Position numbers and translations under genes: made by a program
The notes under the pieces: generated by a model
Databases searched by the model: none
What the model was told of the DNA's origin: nothing
What the model saw: only the letters and a program-made list of their open reading frames with translations
Assembly: GCA_042216335.1 (NCBI GenBank)
Contig: JBDGTY010000049.1
Location: 1 to 18,014, forward strand
Direction of reading: 5' to 3'
DNA from: Candidatus Nanohalobium sp.
Lineage (GTDB): Archaea > Nanohalarchaeota > Nanosalinia > Nanosalinales > Nanosalinaceae
DNA length: 18,014 nucleotides
In this document: in pieces, positions 1-7,509 of the stretch
How positions within the stretch are numbered: position 1 is the first letter of the stretch
Layout of the letters: the number at the start of each line of letters is the position of its first letter

Positions 1-23
1 TTTGTCTGGTGTGTGGGAGTGTG

Positions 24-1268
24 TTATATGTGTGTTAGTAGGAGCCAGAGCGGTATTTTTTGTTTTTCTCTGTCTAGCGTGTTTTTGGTTATCTGTAGTG
101 TTTCTGCTTCAGGGTGTTCTTCATGGAACTTTTCAAAGTCTGTTCCTGTTTCCTGGTTCCGGTATTTAATTTCGAAACCTTTCAGTTCTTCATCTTGTTT
201 GAGTATGATGTCTATTTCGTCCTGTTTTTTTCTCCAGTGACCTGTTTTCCCCAGTGTTTTAAGGTGGTTGTAGGTCATTGTCTCAGCTTTCAGTCCTTTT
301 TCCGTGTTTTCTAACTGGCAGAAGCTGTGTTCTCCTGTGTAAAGTTTGGGTCTTTTCTTGTATTCCTGCAGTTTGTTGTTCTGTAGTCTACGGCTTTTTT
401 CTATCAAAAAACTTTGTTCCAGTGCGTCTATGTATTTTCTGACTGTTTTGTACTGTGCGTCCAGGTTTTTGCCGAGCTTGTTGTAGTTTACTGTGTTTCC
501 TGAGGTTTCTGTTATTGATTTGAATATCGCTTCCAGTAATTCCGGCCGCCCTATCCCAAACAGTTCCACTACATCCCGGTAAAGTGTTAAGTCGAGTATG
601 TCGTTCAGTCTTTCCCGTCTAATGTTTTCCTCTTTGTCTATAAGTCCGGGAAATCCGCCGGTTTCCAGGTATTCGGAGAGTTTGGGTTTTATCTGGTTAG
701 AGTTTTCAGGCATCGGAAGTTCTTCAAAGTTTTTCTCTGGAAGTTTTATGCCGCGGTGTTTAAGGAACTCTCTGAATGTGAAAGCGGTTAACTGGTGCAG
801 GCTGATCCGGCCTACCAGGCTTTCACCGCTGCCTTTTCGGATGTTGGCTGATGAGGAACCTGTGACTATGAATTTCAGGTTCTCGTACGAGTCGTGGTAG
901 GCTTTGACCTGGTCGCTCCAGTCGTCGATTTTCTGGACTTCGTCAAGGAAAATATAGGTCTTTTCAGCGCTTTCCGGGCTCTCATTTTCTATTTCCTGAA
1001 AATAAGTGTCCAGAATGTCTTTTACTTCTGCTTTCTCTATATCAAAAGAGTAGTAGAAAGTTCTCTTATCTTCTTCCTCTAAGTCATCGATTATCCTCTG
1101 CATTAATGTGGTTTTTCCAACCCTCCTCATTCCTGTTATTGCGGTGATGATGTCTTCATCCAGTTCGGATTTTATTTCTTCTTCCTTTTCTCTTTCAACC
1201 GTGTTATCGACAAGTTTTTGTCCTCTCCACTGAGGATTCTGCCGGATAATCTCGTCTTCCAAACTCAT
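24..1268 (-). CDS. AAA+ ATPase (AAA_14 plus DUF4143 family, with wHTH and C-terminal PD-(D/E)xK-like region)
   Basis: Walker A GMRRVGKTT, Walker B IFLDEVQ, 'VTGSSS', 'SLVGR', 'YLETGGFP', 'KRPKLY' and C-terminal 'EIDII...FEIK'. ATG at 1268 is preferred over TTG at 1274 because a TATA-like TTTTTTAT lies 24-31 nt upstream. Confidence 0.88.
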   Translation of the reverse strand: MSLEDEIIRQNPQWRGQKLVDNTVEREKEEEIKSELDEDIITAITGMRRVGKTTLMQRIIDDLEEEDKRTFYYSFDIEKAEVKDILDTYFQEIENESPESAEKTYIFLDEVQKIDDWSDQVKAYHDSYENLKFIVTGSSSANIRKGSGESLVGRISLHQLTAFTFREFLKHRGIKLPEKNFEELPMPENSNQIKPKLSEYLETGGFPGLIDKEENIRRERLNDILDLTLYRDVVELFGIGRPELLEAIFKSITETSGNTVNYNKLGKNLDAQYKTVRKYIDALEQSFLIEKSRRLQNNKLQEYKKRPKLYTGEHSFCQLENTEKGLKAETMTYNHLKTLGKTGHWRKKQDEIDIILKQDEELKGFEIKYRNQETGTDFEKFHEEHPEAETLQITKNTLDREKQKIPLWLLLTHI

Positions 1269-1278
1269 AATCAAATAA

Positions 1279-1346
1279 TGGAACTAAATACATAAAAAAC
1301 TGGTGAAACAGTGGAACTATTTACACTCTTTTCGATGAAAAGTGTG
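1279..1346 (-). promoter_or_regulatory. Promoter region of the AAA ATPase: TATA-like element with flanking direct repeat and an inverted repeat
   Basis: TGGAACTAwwTACA at 1279-1292 and 1312-1325; minus-strand TTTTTTAT at 1292-1299; inverted repeat CACTCTTTTC-GAT-GAAAAGTGTG at 1324-1346. Confidence 0.5.
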
Positions 1347-1408
1347 GAGGCGGATGAAGCAAAACCTGGTTTTTGGACTGGACTCCTTTGAATTTGTTCT
1401 TTCAGGGC

Positions 1409-2530
1409 CTAGTAACTTATCTCCGGACTTTCCTCCCTATCCCATAACCTCATCAACTTGTTCAGCTTGGCGATCCTTATGTCGGCGATTCCGGCTTTGA
1501 TGATGGGGCAGGTCCATTCCAGCGCCAGGTCCGAGATTGTGGAGTCGCAGGTTTCTCCGGAGCGGTGTGAGATAACCGGTGTGTAGTCGTATTCCTGTGC
1601 CAGTTCTACTGTTTCTTTGGCGTCTGAAACTGTTCCTATCTGGTTGGGTTTGACGATCAATGAGTTGCATGAGCTCATGTCGATTCCCTCCTGTAGCCTG
1701 TCTTTGTTGGTTGTGAATAGGTCGTCGCCGCAGATCAACACATCGGGATTCTTAGCCGTGAGCTTGGCGTGGTTCCTGAAGTCCTCCTGGTCGAAAGGAT
1801 CCTCGACATACACCAGTTCGAATTCGTCGATCAGTTCCTGCACGAAGTCAAGCTGCTGTGGACCTGAGTTTACTTCTCCGAGTGATTCCATCCTGTACTT
1901 GCCGTCCTCGTAGAACTCTGAGGCTGCGATATCCAGGCCTATCCTTGCGCCGTGTTCATCGGCCACATCTTTCAGGGCTCGCAGTGTCTCCCGGTCGTTC
2001 ATCGATGTTATCAGGGCGCCTTCGTCGTTCATGCCTTTGATCCTCTGGCTGTACCTTTCCTGCAGCTCCTGGTAGATAGAAGTATTGATTTCAAGTGCTT
2101 CGGGGAATGTTTCGGCCTCCACGGGAAGCACGAGGAACTCCTGGATGCTTGTGTTGCCGCCATGTTCTCCTCCGCCTATGACGTTGCTTAGCGGCAGAGG
2201 GAACTCTTTTCCGCGGTCGAAGCCGGCCGCATTTTTGAAGGCGAAGCTCGAAGCGATGGCTGCGGCGCCGAGACGAGAGAAGTCGTCCGATCCGTCCACC
2301 TCTTCCAGTTCTTCGTCGAACTCTTCCTGTGTCAGGTCCCGACCCTCGAACCGGTTCTTCAGTAGTTCCTCTATCTCGTCGAGGTGCTGTGGTACGTGGC
2401 AGCTGGCTTCGTGTTCACCGGTTGAGGCTCCTGAAGGCGCCTTTCCATAGCTTCCGTTGATCTCTGCCTCAATTGTGGGTTTGGTCCTCGAGTCGATTAT
2501 CTGCCGGAGCTCTAGGCTCTCGATCCTCAT
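1409..2530 (-). CDS. eno: Enolase (compact, 373 aa)
   Basis: DSR.PTIE, PSGASTG, GGGEH, IQEF, DEGA, LDIAASEF, VEDPF, GDDLFTTN, KPNQIGT, SHRSGET and IKAG motifs. Confidence 0.95.
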   Translation of the reverse strand: MRIESLELRQIIDSRTKPTIEAEINGSYGKAPSGASTGEHEASCHVPQHLDEIEELLKNRFEGRDLTQEEFDEELEEVDGSDDFSRLGAAAIASSFAFKNAAGFDRGKEFPLPLSNVIGGGEHGGNTSIQEFLVLPVEAETFPEALEINTSIYQELQERYSQRIKGMNDEGALITSMNDRETLRALKDVADEHGARIGLDIAASEFYEDGKYRMESLGEVNSGPQQLDFVQELIDEFELVYVEDPFDQEDFRNHAKLTAKNPDVLICGDDLFTTNKDRLQEGIDMSSCNSLIVKPNQIGTVSDAKETVELAQEYDYTPVISHRSGETCDSTISDLALEWTCPIIKAGIADIRIAKLNKLMRLWDREESPEISY

Positions 2531-2599
2531 GCAGTGAAGTTCGGTTAGCTGGAATAAAAAGAACCTGCTGGAGTAAATTAAAGGGAAGAAATATGTGGT

Positions 2600-2764
2600 C
2601 TATTTCCTGACTGTCAGTGGAAGCGTGCCTTGCTCCATCTCCCTTTCAGCGATCTGCATCGGCTGCTCATCTCCCTCTACATCGACGAACGCCGGTGCAC
2701 CCATCGCCAGCTGGAGGCTGCGTGCTCCCAGAATCCTTGCCTTCTCGTAACGTGTGTAACTCAT
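2600..2764 (-). CDS. rpoK: DNA-directed RNA polymerase subunit K (Rpo6)
   Basis: Not in ORF track. Hand translation MSYTRYEKARILGARSLQLAMGAPAFVDVEGDEQPMQIAEREMEQGTLPLTVRK (54 aa) carries the TxYExARIxGARxLQxxMGAP signature. Confidence 0.96.
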   Translation of the reverse strand: MSYTRYEKARILGARSLQLAMGAPAFVDVEGDEQPMQIAEREMEQGTLPLTVRK

Positions 2765-2773
2765 AATATCAGT

Positions 2774-3535
2774 TTATCCGATGTACCCGAGGTCGGAACT
2801 CTGCTGTTCTTCCTCAGGCTTCTGTGATTTTTTCAGGTTCTGAAGCTTTTTAAGTACCTCCTGCGACTCCTCGACCTTCTCGTCAAGCTTCGAGTAATCC
2901 AGGTCAAGCTCGAGGACATCCTCAAGAACCTGCAGAACTGCCTCTGTACTTTTCGGATCGCTCAGCAGGAAGCCGGGTGTCTCGCCCAGAAGGCAGAGGC
3001 CGTCCATATCTCTGTCCTGTGCCAGTCCGATCAGCAGTCCTGAGATGCCGACCACCTGGCCGACATCGTGCTCGAACTCGATACCTGCACTGTACTTCTC
3101 CTTCATGTCCTCCGTGGAGACGGCGCCGAACACGCTCGGGTCCTCTACGACGTCGCCGGTGCCGTATCCTCCGACAGTTATAATCTCCTCGGCTTCCTGC
3201 TCCTCGATGAAGTTCATGACTTTTTCCGCGACCTCGTGGTGGCCTTCAGGAGTTCCTGCCTGGGCATTACCTTCGAGAAGGATGATATCTCTTCCTTCGT
3301 CACGTGAAAGTGCGTAGATTTTGTTTTTGATAGGTTCAACTGTTTTATCATCGTTTACGATCGTGTGAGGAGGAAAGTGGTGGCTTGTTATCTCTCCTAC
3401 CTGTTCAGCACCTGTCTCATCCGCTATATAGCTTACGGTGTTCCGGCCGATATGTCCGATCCCGGCCAGTCCCTCTACGAATACAGGGTTTTCAGTTTCC
3501 AGTTCGCTGTCTATCTTGATCCTTGTCTTCTCCAT
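2774..3535 (-). CDS. Proteasome assembly chaperone family protein (PAC2)
   Basis: 'EGLAGIGHIG', 'GNAQ', 'ITVGGY', 'VGISGLL' and 'CLLGETPG..SDPKS'; canonical position after nop10; GGTGA Shine-Dalgarno-like site upstream. Confidence 0.92.
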   Translation of the reverse strand: MEKTRIKIDSELETENPVFVEGLAGIGHIGRNTVSYIADETGAEQVGEITSHHFPPHTIVNDDKTVEPIKNKIYALSRDEGRDIILLEGNAQAGTPEGHHEVAEKVMNFIEEQEAEEIITVGGYGTGDVVEDPSVFGAVSTEDMKEKYSAGIEFEHDVGQVVGISGLLIGLAQDRDMDGLCLLGETPGFLLSDPKSTEAVLQVLEDVLELDLDYSKLDEKVEESQEVLKKLQNLKKSQKPEEEQQSSDLGYIG

Positions 3536-3546
3536 AAAATCACCTT

Positions 3547-3693
3547 TTAATCTCCGCCTTTTTTGGCTTTACGCCGATACTTTCCATACCTGTCCGGGAA
3601 AGAAAACTTCGGCGGCCGAGCTTTCTCCGAACCTTCCCCACAGTGCTCATCCTTCAACGTAAAATTTCCGCACTCGGTACATTTCCGAATCAT
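3547..3693 (-). CDS. nop10: H/ACA RNP protein Nop10
   Basis: Not in ORF track. Hand translation MIRKCTECGNFTLKDEHCGEGSEKARPPKFSFPDRYGKYRRKAKKGGD (48 aa) has the RKC..CG..TLK and PPKFS..D.YG.YRR signatures; lies between aIF2-alpha and PAC2. Confidence 0.93.
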   Translation of the reverse strand: MIRKCTECGNFTLKDEHCGEGSEKARPPKFSFPDRYGKYRRKAKKGGD

Positions 3694-3695
3694 CC

Positions 3696-4451
3696 TTACG
3701 CACGCGAGAACTCGAATCTTCCATCTTTTTCATCAGCTCTGCTCCGGATCTTGTCGACTGCCTCATCCATCCTCTTCTTCGCCAGGTCTTGGGTACGTCC
3801 CCAGGACGTGATGGAGTACTCAGGAGCGGAAACGTACTTTACCTCGACACCGTCGCCGAGATCCTCGAAACAGTCCCTGATCTTCTCGATACCGTTCTCT
3901 GACATGAACTCGAGTTCGATCTCGCCTTCAAACTTCTCCTGCTTCAGGTCGATGTTTTCTTTCGCGACTTCCTGGATTTTCTCCACGACCTCATCATTAA
4001 GGAACTCCTTCAATCTTTCCTCTTCCGCAGTTGAGATCTCGAATCCATGGAACGCTGAGCCAAGCTCGCGCTGCATAGGGAAGACGACTTCCTCGTACAT
4101 CTCATTCTCATCCATGTCGAGGTCTTCCAGAAGGTCTTCGATGAACTTCTCCGCCTTCTGCTCCTTGTTCCAGCGGCCCATCGCCTCCTTCTTATTCTTA
4201 TCATTTACACGCTTCAATGAAAGCGTAACAGTATCGTCATCAGCATCGATAACCTGGGCAACAGTCTTCTCGCCCTCATCTATCTCCTTGGTCAAATCCT
4301 CAACCCAGCTACGCGACGCCTCACTGATGTGAATCAAACCACTCACATCTTCATACTCATCAAGGTCCGCGTAAGCCGAATTCCTGTCAACATCCGAAAT
4401 CGTGACAACCACAAGGTCGCCCTCATCCGGCCTATCCTTATACCAGCGCAT
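3696..4451 (-). CDS. eif2a: Translation initiation factor 2 subunit alpha (aIF2-alpha)
   Basis: S1 domain 'PDEGDLVV...AYADLDEY...GLIHISE...WV', 'LSLKRV' and C-terminal 'YVSAPEY'. Confidence 0.95.
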   Translation of the reverse strand: MRWYKDRPDEGDLVVVTISDVDRNSAYADLDEYEDVSGLIHISEASRSWVEDLTKEIDEGEKTVAQVIDADDDTVTLSLKRVNDKNKKEAMGRWNKEQKAEKFIEDLLEDLDMDENEMYEEVVFPMQRELGSAFHGFEISTAEEERLKEFLNDEVVEKIQEVAKENIDLKQEKFEGEIELEFMSENGIEKIRDCFEDLGDGVEVKYVSAPEYSITSWGRTQDLAKKRMDEAVDKIRSRADEKDGRFEFSRA

Positions 4452-4487
4452 ACAGAGAAAAGGAGAAGTGATTCTTAAAAAGCAATT

Positions 4488-4889
4488 CTAATTATCCCAA
4501 TAATTCCACGTAGACATAAATTCTTCCATACTAGTGGCTTGGGAACCTAGGGACTTGAAGAACTGTTGTTGAGCTGCTGGATTATTCTGTAGTTCAATCA
4601 TCGATTTGTTTTCACTTTCTGCCATTATCTGTGCGCTCATTTGTAGGAACCAATATGCATCTGAATCCTCTTTTAATCTGTATTTCTCTGAACTATCGTC
4701 CTGTTTAACTTCTAGCATATCCATTTCCTCCATTTCTTCCAAGACTTCTTTTGGAGGATTAGTCCCAGACAGTCGAGCAAGATCTGACCTGTCGATATAA
4801 TTATCTCTCTCGCTCTTCAGAGCTTCAAGTGTTCTGGTGAAACTGGGGTCTTTCAGATTATCTAAAATCCTTTCGTTGTTGTTTTCCAT
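4488..4889 (-). CDS. Hypothetical protein, probable winged-helix fold; AT-rich insert
   Basis: 133-aa acidic ORF; 'IDRSDLARLSGTNPPKEVLEEMEEMDMLEVKQ...KYRL' resembles a wHTH pattern; lower GC than neighbouring genes. Confidence 0.6.
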   Translation of the reverse strand: MENNNERILDNLKDPSFTRTLEALKSERDNYIDRSDLARLSGTNPPKEVLEEMEEMDMLEVKQDDSSEKYRLKEDSDAYWFLQMSAQIMAESENKSMIELQNNPAAQQQFFKSLGSQATSMEEFMSTWNYWDN

Positions 4890-4906
4890 TCTTTCGATAT
4901 ATTCGT

Positions 4907-5062
4907 TTACAAATTCATCATGTCTTCTTTCTCATCAAAGTAGTGTACAAGGAATGTGTTTTCAGCATATGGCCTCTGTGGGATATCAACAACTTCTCCC
5001 TCAACTAGAACCGATCCTCTGTCCCAGTCAATCTCTTGGAAAGACTCAAATTCATATTCCAT
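4907..5062 (-). CDS. Hypothetical 51-aa protein, possibly the frameshifted N-terminus of the 4488-4889 ORF
   Basis: Not in ORF track. Hand translation MEYEFESFQEIDWDRGSVLVEGEVVDIPQRPYAENTFLVHYFDEKEDMMNL; acidic like the rest of the proteome and fills the gap. Confidence 0.55.
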   Translation of the reverse strand: MEYEFESFQEIDWDRGSVLVEGEVVDIPQRPYAENTFLVHYFDEKEDMMNL

Positions 5063-5150
5063 TAAGTAGAAAATTAAACTCAAACTTTCATATTTCTGGA
5101 TATGCCTGCTAGAATAGAATACTATCCGCAGAACAAAGTAAAAGAAAAAT

Positions 5151-5324
5151 TTACTCTACTTCTAACGTCTCAATGATCTCTGCGTTCAGCTCTGCCTTGC
5201 CGCCTGTCGGCTTTGCGATTGGAGTCGAACAGATCATGCAGTCGACTTCTGTTGCGGTCCTTGAGAATACTGTCTGTTCGTTTCCGCATTCTGCGCATGA
5301 GACTCTGAAAAAGTTACGTGCCAT
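5151..5324 (-). CDS. rps27e: 30S ribosomal protein S27e
   Basis: Not in ORF track. Hand translation MARNFFRVSCAECGNEQTVFSRTATEVDCMICSTPIAKPTGGKAELNAEIIETLEVE with CxxC...CxxC and PTGGKA; GAGGTGA Shine-Dalgarno site upstream. Confidence 0.96.
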   Translation of the reverse strand: MARNFFRVSCAECGNEQTVFSRTATEVDCMICSTPIAKPTGGKAELNAEIIETLEVE

Positions 5325-5378
5325 TTACTGGCTCACCTCGTGTGTCAGTTTGAGAAAATCTTGCATTTTCGATTACCT

Positions 5379-5681
5379 CTATCTTTCTATCTCGAATTTT
5401 GCTGCTCTTGGCTGGTTTCTAGGCTTCCAGGCCTTTCCACACTCCTTGCATGAGAACTGAAGGTCGTGCTTGCTGGAGGTCGGATTACTCTTTCCTCTGG
5501 CCAGGTGTGAAGGGTCTTCGAACGGGAAGCTTCCGTATCCGTTGTCGATCTTTCTCTGGCGCTTCCTGTGCTTCTTGCTCCAGGGACTGGCACTCTGGTT
5601 AGTCGCCTCTTTCACTGTTTGCTCCGTGTGCTCATCGCAGTTCGGGCAATACCTTCTCTGCTCTTTCGGAATCTTTACCAT
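5379..5681 (-). CDS. rpl44e: 50S ribosomal protein L44e (eL42)
   Basis: MVKIPK...RYCPNCDEHT, GYG and CKECGK; adjacent to S27e. ATG at 5681 has TTTTTAAA 24-31 nt upstream. Confidence 0.94.
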   Translation of the reverse strand: MVKIPKEQRRYCPNCDEHTEQTVKEATNQSASPWSKKHRKRQRKIDNGYGSFPFEDPSHLARGKSNPTSSKHDLQFSCKECGKAWKPRNQPRAAKFEIER

Positions 5682-5720
5682 ATCAAACAACTCCCCGGTT
5701 AAACTTTAAAAACACTCTAC

Positions 5721-6179
5721 TCAAAGGCCGGATTTCTCGATAGCCAGTAAGCAGGCATCCCGCACATTTTCAGGAATTTCCTCAAGTTCCTCTAACTCTT
5801 CTTTTGAGAACCATTTCTGGCCGTCGTGTTCATGGCTGTGCGTTGCCTCAACCTTCTCAACTGGCCTGGCCAGGTAGTTGAAGTCGCAGTGCATATGGTT
5901 CTCGGAGATGCTGTGCAGATTTACATTGAACGGAGACGGCAGATTATCGCTTTCCTCGGATTGAATCTCTGGCCTGTCCAGGAACTTGATTTTCACGCCG
6001 ACTTCTTCCCGAGTCTCTCTTCTTGCTGCCTCTTCCGGAGTCTCACCTTCTTCGATATGGCCGCCGGGCTGAATCCACTCTCCAAGCTTTGAATGCTTCA
6101 TCAACAGAACTTCGGAATCTTCGTTCACAATGAATGCCGAAGCAGTAAAGTCCTGGTCAGCGTCTTCAGGTACTTTCAT
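5721..6179 (-). CDS. Nudix hydrolase
   Basis: Nudix box GGHIEEGETPEEAARRETREEVG; 'FTASAFIVN', 'HSKLGEWIQPGGH' and 'HMHCDF'. Confidence 0.93.
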   Translation of the reverse strand: MKVPEDADQDFTASAFIVNEDSEVLLMKHSKLGEWIQPGGHIEEGETPEEAARRETREEVGVKIKFLDRPEIQSEESDNLPSPFNVNLHSISENHMHCDFNYLARPVEKVEATHSHEHDGQKWFSKEELEELEEIPENVRDACLLAIEKSGL

Positions 6180-6598
6180 AGGTCTTCACTTTCAAGCAAC
6201 TCTATTATTCCTTCGGTCGTTTTGACTTCTACTCTGTTCTGTTTCCGGAGGTCTTTGTCGTCGCTCCAGATTCTGCATTCTTTGTGGAGGGCTGCTGCTA
6301 TGAAAGGAACATCTTTGATGTCTTCTTCGCCTACCAATTTCTCTGCTTTGTCCAGTTTATCTTCGTAGCTTTCGATAGGTAGAAACTCTACTTCTCCGAG
6401 AACCAGGTCTAGGAGTGTTTCAACCTCGTCTTCCTTCAAACCGGATTTCTCCTTCATTAGGTCCCTGTACTTCTCTATCTCGGTTCTCAGGAACTCTGGT
6501 GCATAGAATCTATAGTTGGAGTCCAGAATTATCTTCCTCGTTGAACTGTCTCTGATCAGGGCAGAGATGACTATGTTGCTGTCAACTACTAGTTCCAT
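6176..6598 (-). CDS. PIN-domain toxin (VapC-like)
   Basis: 'LVVDSNIVISAL', 'APEFLRTEI', 'DIKDVPFIAAAL' and 'IWSDDKDL' acidic PIN motifs. Confidence 0.9.
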   Translation of the reverse strand: MELVVDSNIVISALIRDSSTRKIILDSNYRFYAPEFLRTEIEKYRDLMKEKSGLKEDEVETLLDLVLGEVEFLPIESYEDKLDKAEKLVGEEDIKDVPFIAAALHKECRIWSDDKDLRKQNRVEVKTTEGIIELLESEDL

Positions 6599-6822
6599 CA
6601 GTTCAAACTGTGTTTCTCGGCGATTCCCTGCTTCACTTTTTCTCCAATCTCCTGAACATCATCTTCAGTAAGTTCGCTATCTGAAGCTATGGAATCCGCC
6701 AGTTCAAGTTTCTTAATTTCCTCTCTAAAAGCCTCTCTGGCTATTTCACTCCAGTTAATCTTTCCGTGCTCTTCCATCGACTCTTTCAGATCATCCGGGA
6801 CTCTAACCGAAACCTTCGACAT
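6598..6822 (-). CDS. Ribbon-helix-helix antitoxin (VapB/CopG-like)
   Basis: 'VSVRVPDDLKESME..INWSEIAREA' RHH pattern; stop overlaps the PIN gene start (TGATG). Confidence 0.87.
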   Translation of the reverse strand: MSKVSVRVPDDLKESMEEHGKINWSEIAREAFREEIKKLELADSIASDSELTEDDVQEIGEKVKQGIAEKHSLN

Positions 6823-6827
6823 GGTAT

Positions 6828-6853
6828 ATACATGTATGGACAGAAATTTAAAT
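6828..6853 (-). promoter_or_regulatory. TA operon promoter with TATA box and candidate operator palindrome
   Basis: ATTTAAAT at 6846-6853, 24-31 nt upstream of ATG 6822; perfect 10-bp palindrome ATACATGTAT at 6828-6837. Confidence 0.6.
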
Positions 6854-6868
6854 CTTCGTAAAATACAC

Positions 6869-7504
6869 TCAGTAAGTGATCTTCGTGCCTTCGGCCTCTT
6901 CAGGATCTTCCAGATTCTCCAGAGTTCCTTCCATGACTTTTGCTGGTATACCGGATCTCTCGATTATCTCTAGCGCAGTCTTGTCGATAAGTTCGTATGT
7001 GCCGGCCTCGCTGCTGTTTCCACTGACTATCTCCCTCAGCTTTTCTACTGAAACTTCGCCAAGCTTCTCCGCATCGTCTTTCTCCGGATTTTCTGTGTAA
7101 ACTCCATCTATATCCGTCGTGATGTAGAGCTCGGCGTCCAGAAGTTCTGCTGCGATCGCTGCCACCGCATCAGTCGAGAAACCTGGGTTCAGTCCACCCA
7201 TAACTATATCTTCTCCGGTCTGAGCTACTTCCTTGATTTCTTCTGCTGTTTCCGGGGTCTTTGGATGTGCATCCATCTGTGTTCCCAGCGTCCGTGCGTT
7301 CAGACGTGTGGCCTGTATCCCTATCAGGTCTTTATCCGCCTGCAATGCTTCGACTGCGTTGATGTTCTTTTTCAGTTCTCCTGCGCCCACAACCACGCAT
7401 ACCGGGCTGTACTGCTTCAGTGCCTCCGCCATTTCGGGAGTTTGCTCTATTTTAGATGTATAAATCGATCCGCCGACTGCAAAGACTTTTTCGTATTCTG
7501 ACAT
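6869..7504 (-). CDS. pyrH: Uridylate kinase (archaeal-type UMP kinase)
   Basis: 'VGGS', 'VVVGAG', 'DLIGIQATRLNA', 'MGGLNPGFSTDAVAA' and 'TDIDGVYTENP'. Confidence 0.88.
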   Translation of the reverse strand: MSEYEKVFAVGGSIYTSKIEQTPEMAEALKQYSPVCVVVGAGELKKNINAVEALQADKDLIGIQATRLNARTLGTQMDAHPKTPETAEEIKEVAQTGEDIVMGGLNPGFSTDAVAAIAAELLDAELYITTDIDGVYTENPEKDDAEKLGEVSVEKLREIVSGNSSEAGTYELIDKTALEIIERSGIPAKVMEGTLENLEDPEEAEGTKITY

Positions 7505-7509
7505 CGTAT

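Noticed and set aside
1-240. Diversity-generating retroelement variable region suggested by the A-rich 3' gene end
   Set aside because: No reverse transcriptase, no template/variable repeat pair and no AAY-codon pattern in the window.
3643-4332. 229-aa plus-strand ORF and other Ser-rich antisense ORFs across the window
   Set aside because: Antisense shadows of acidic minus-strand genes with clear family motifs.
6869-7504. pyrH as a pseudogene because of GAG in place of the GGG loop
   Set aside because: The ORF is intact and near full length with the other motifs retained; divergence alone is not evidence of inactivation.
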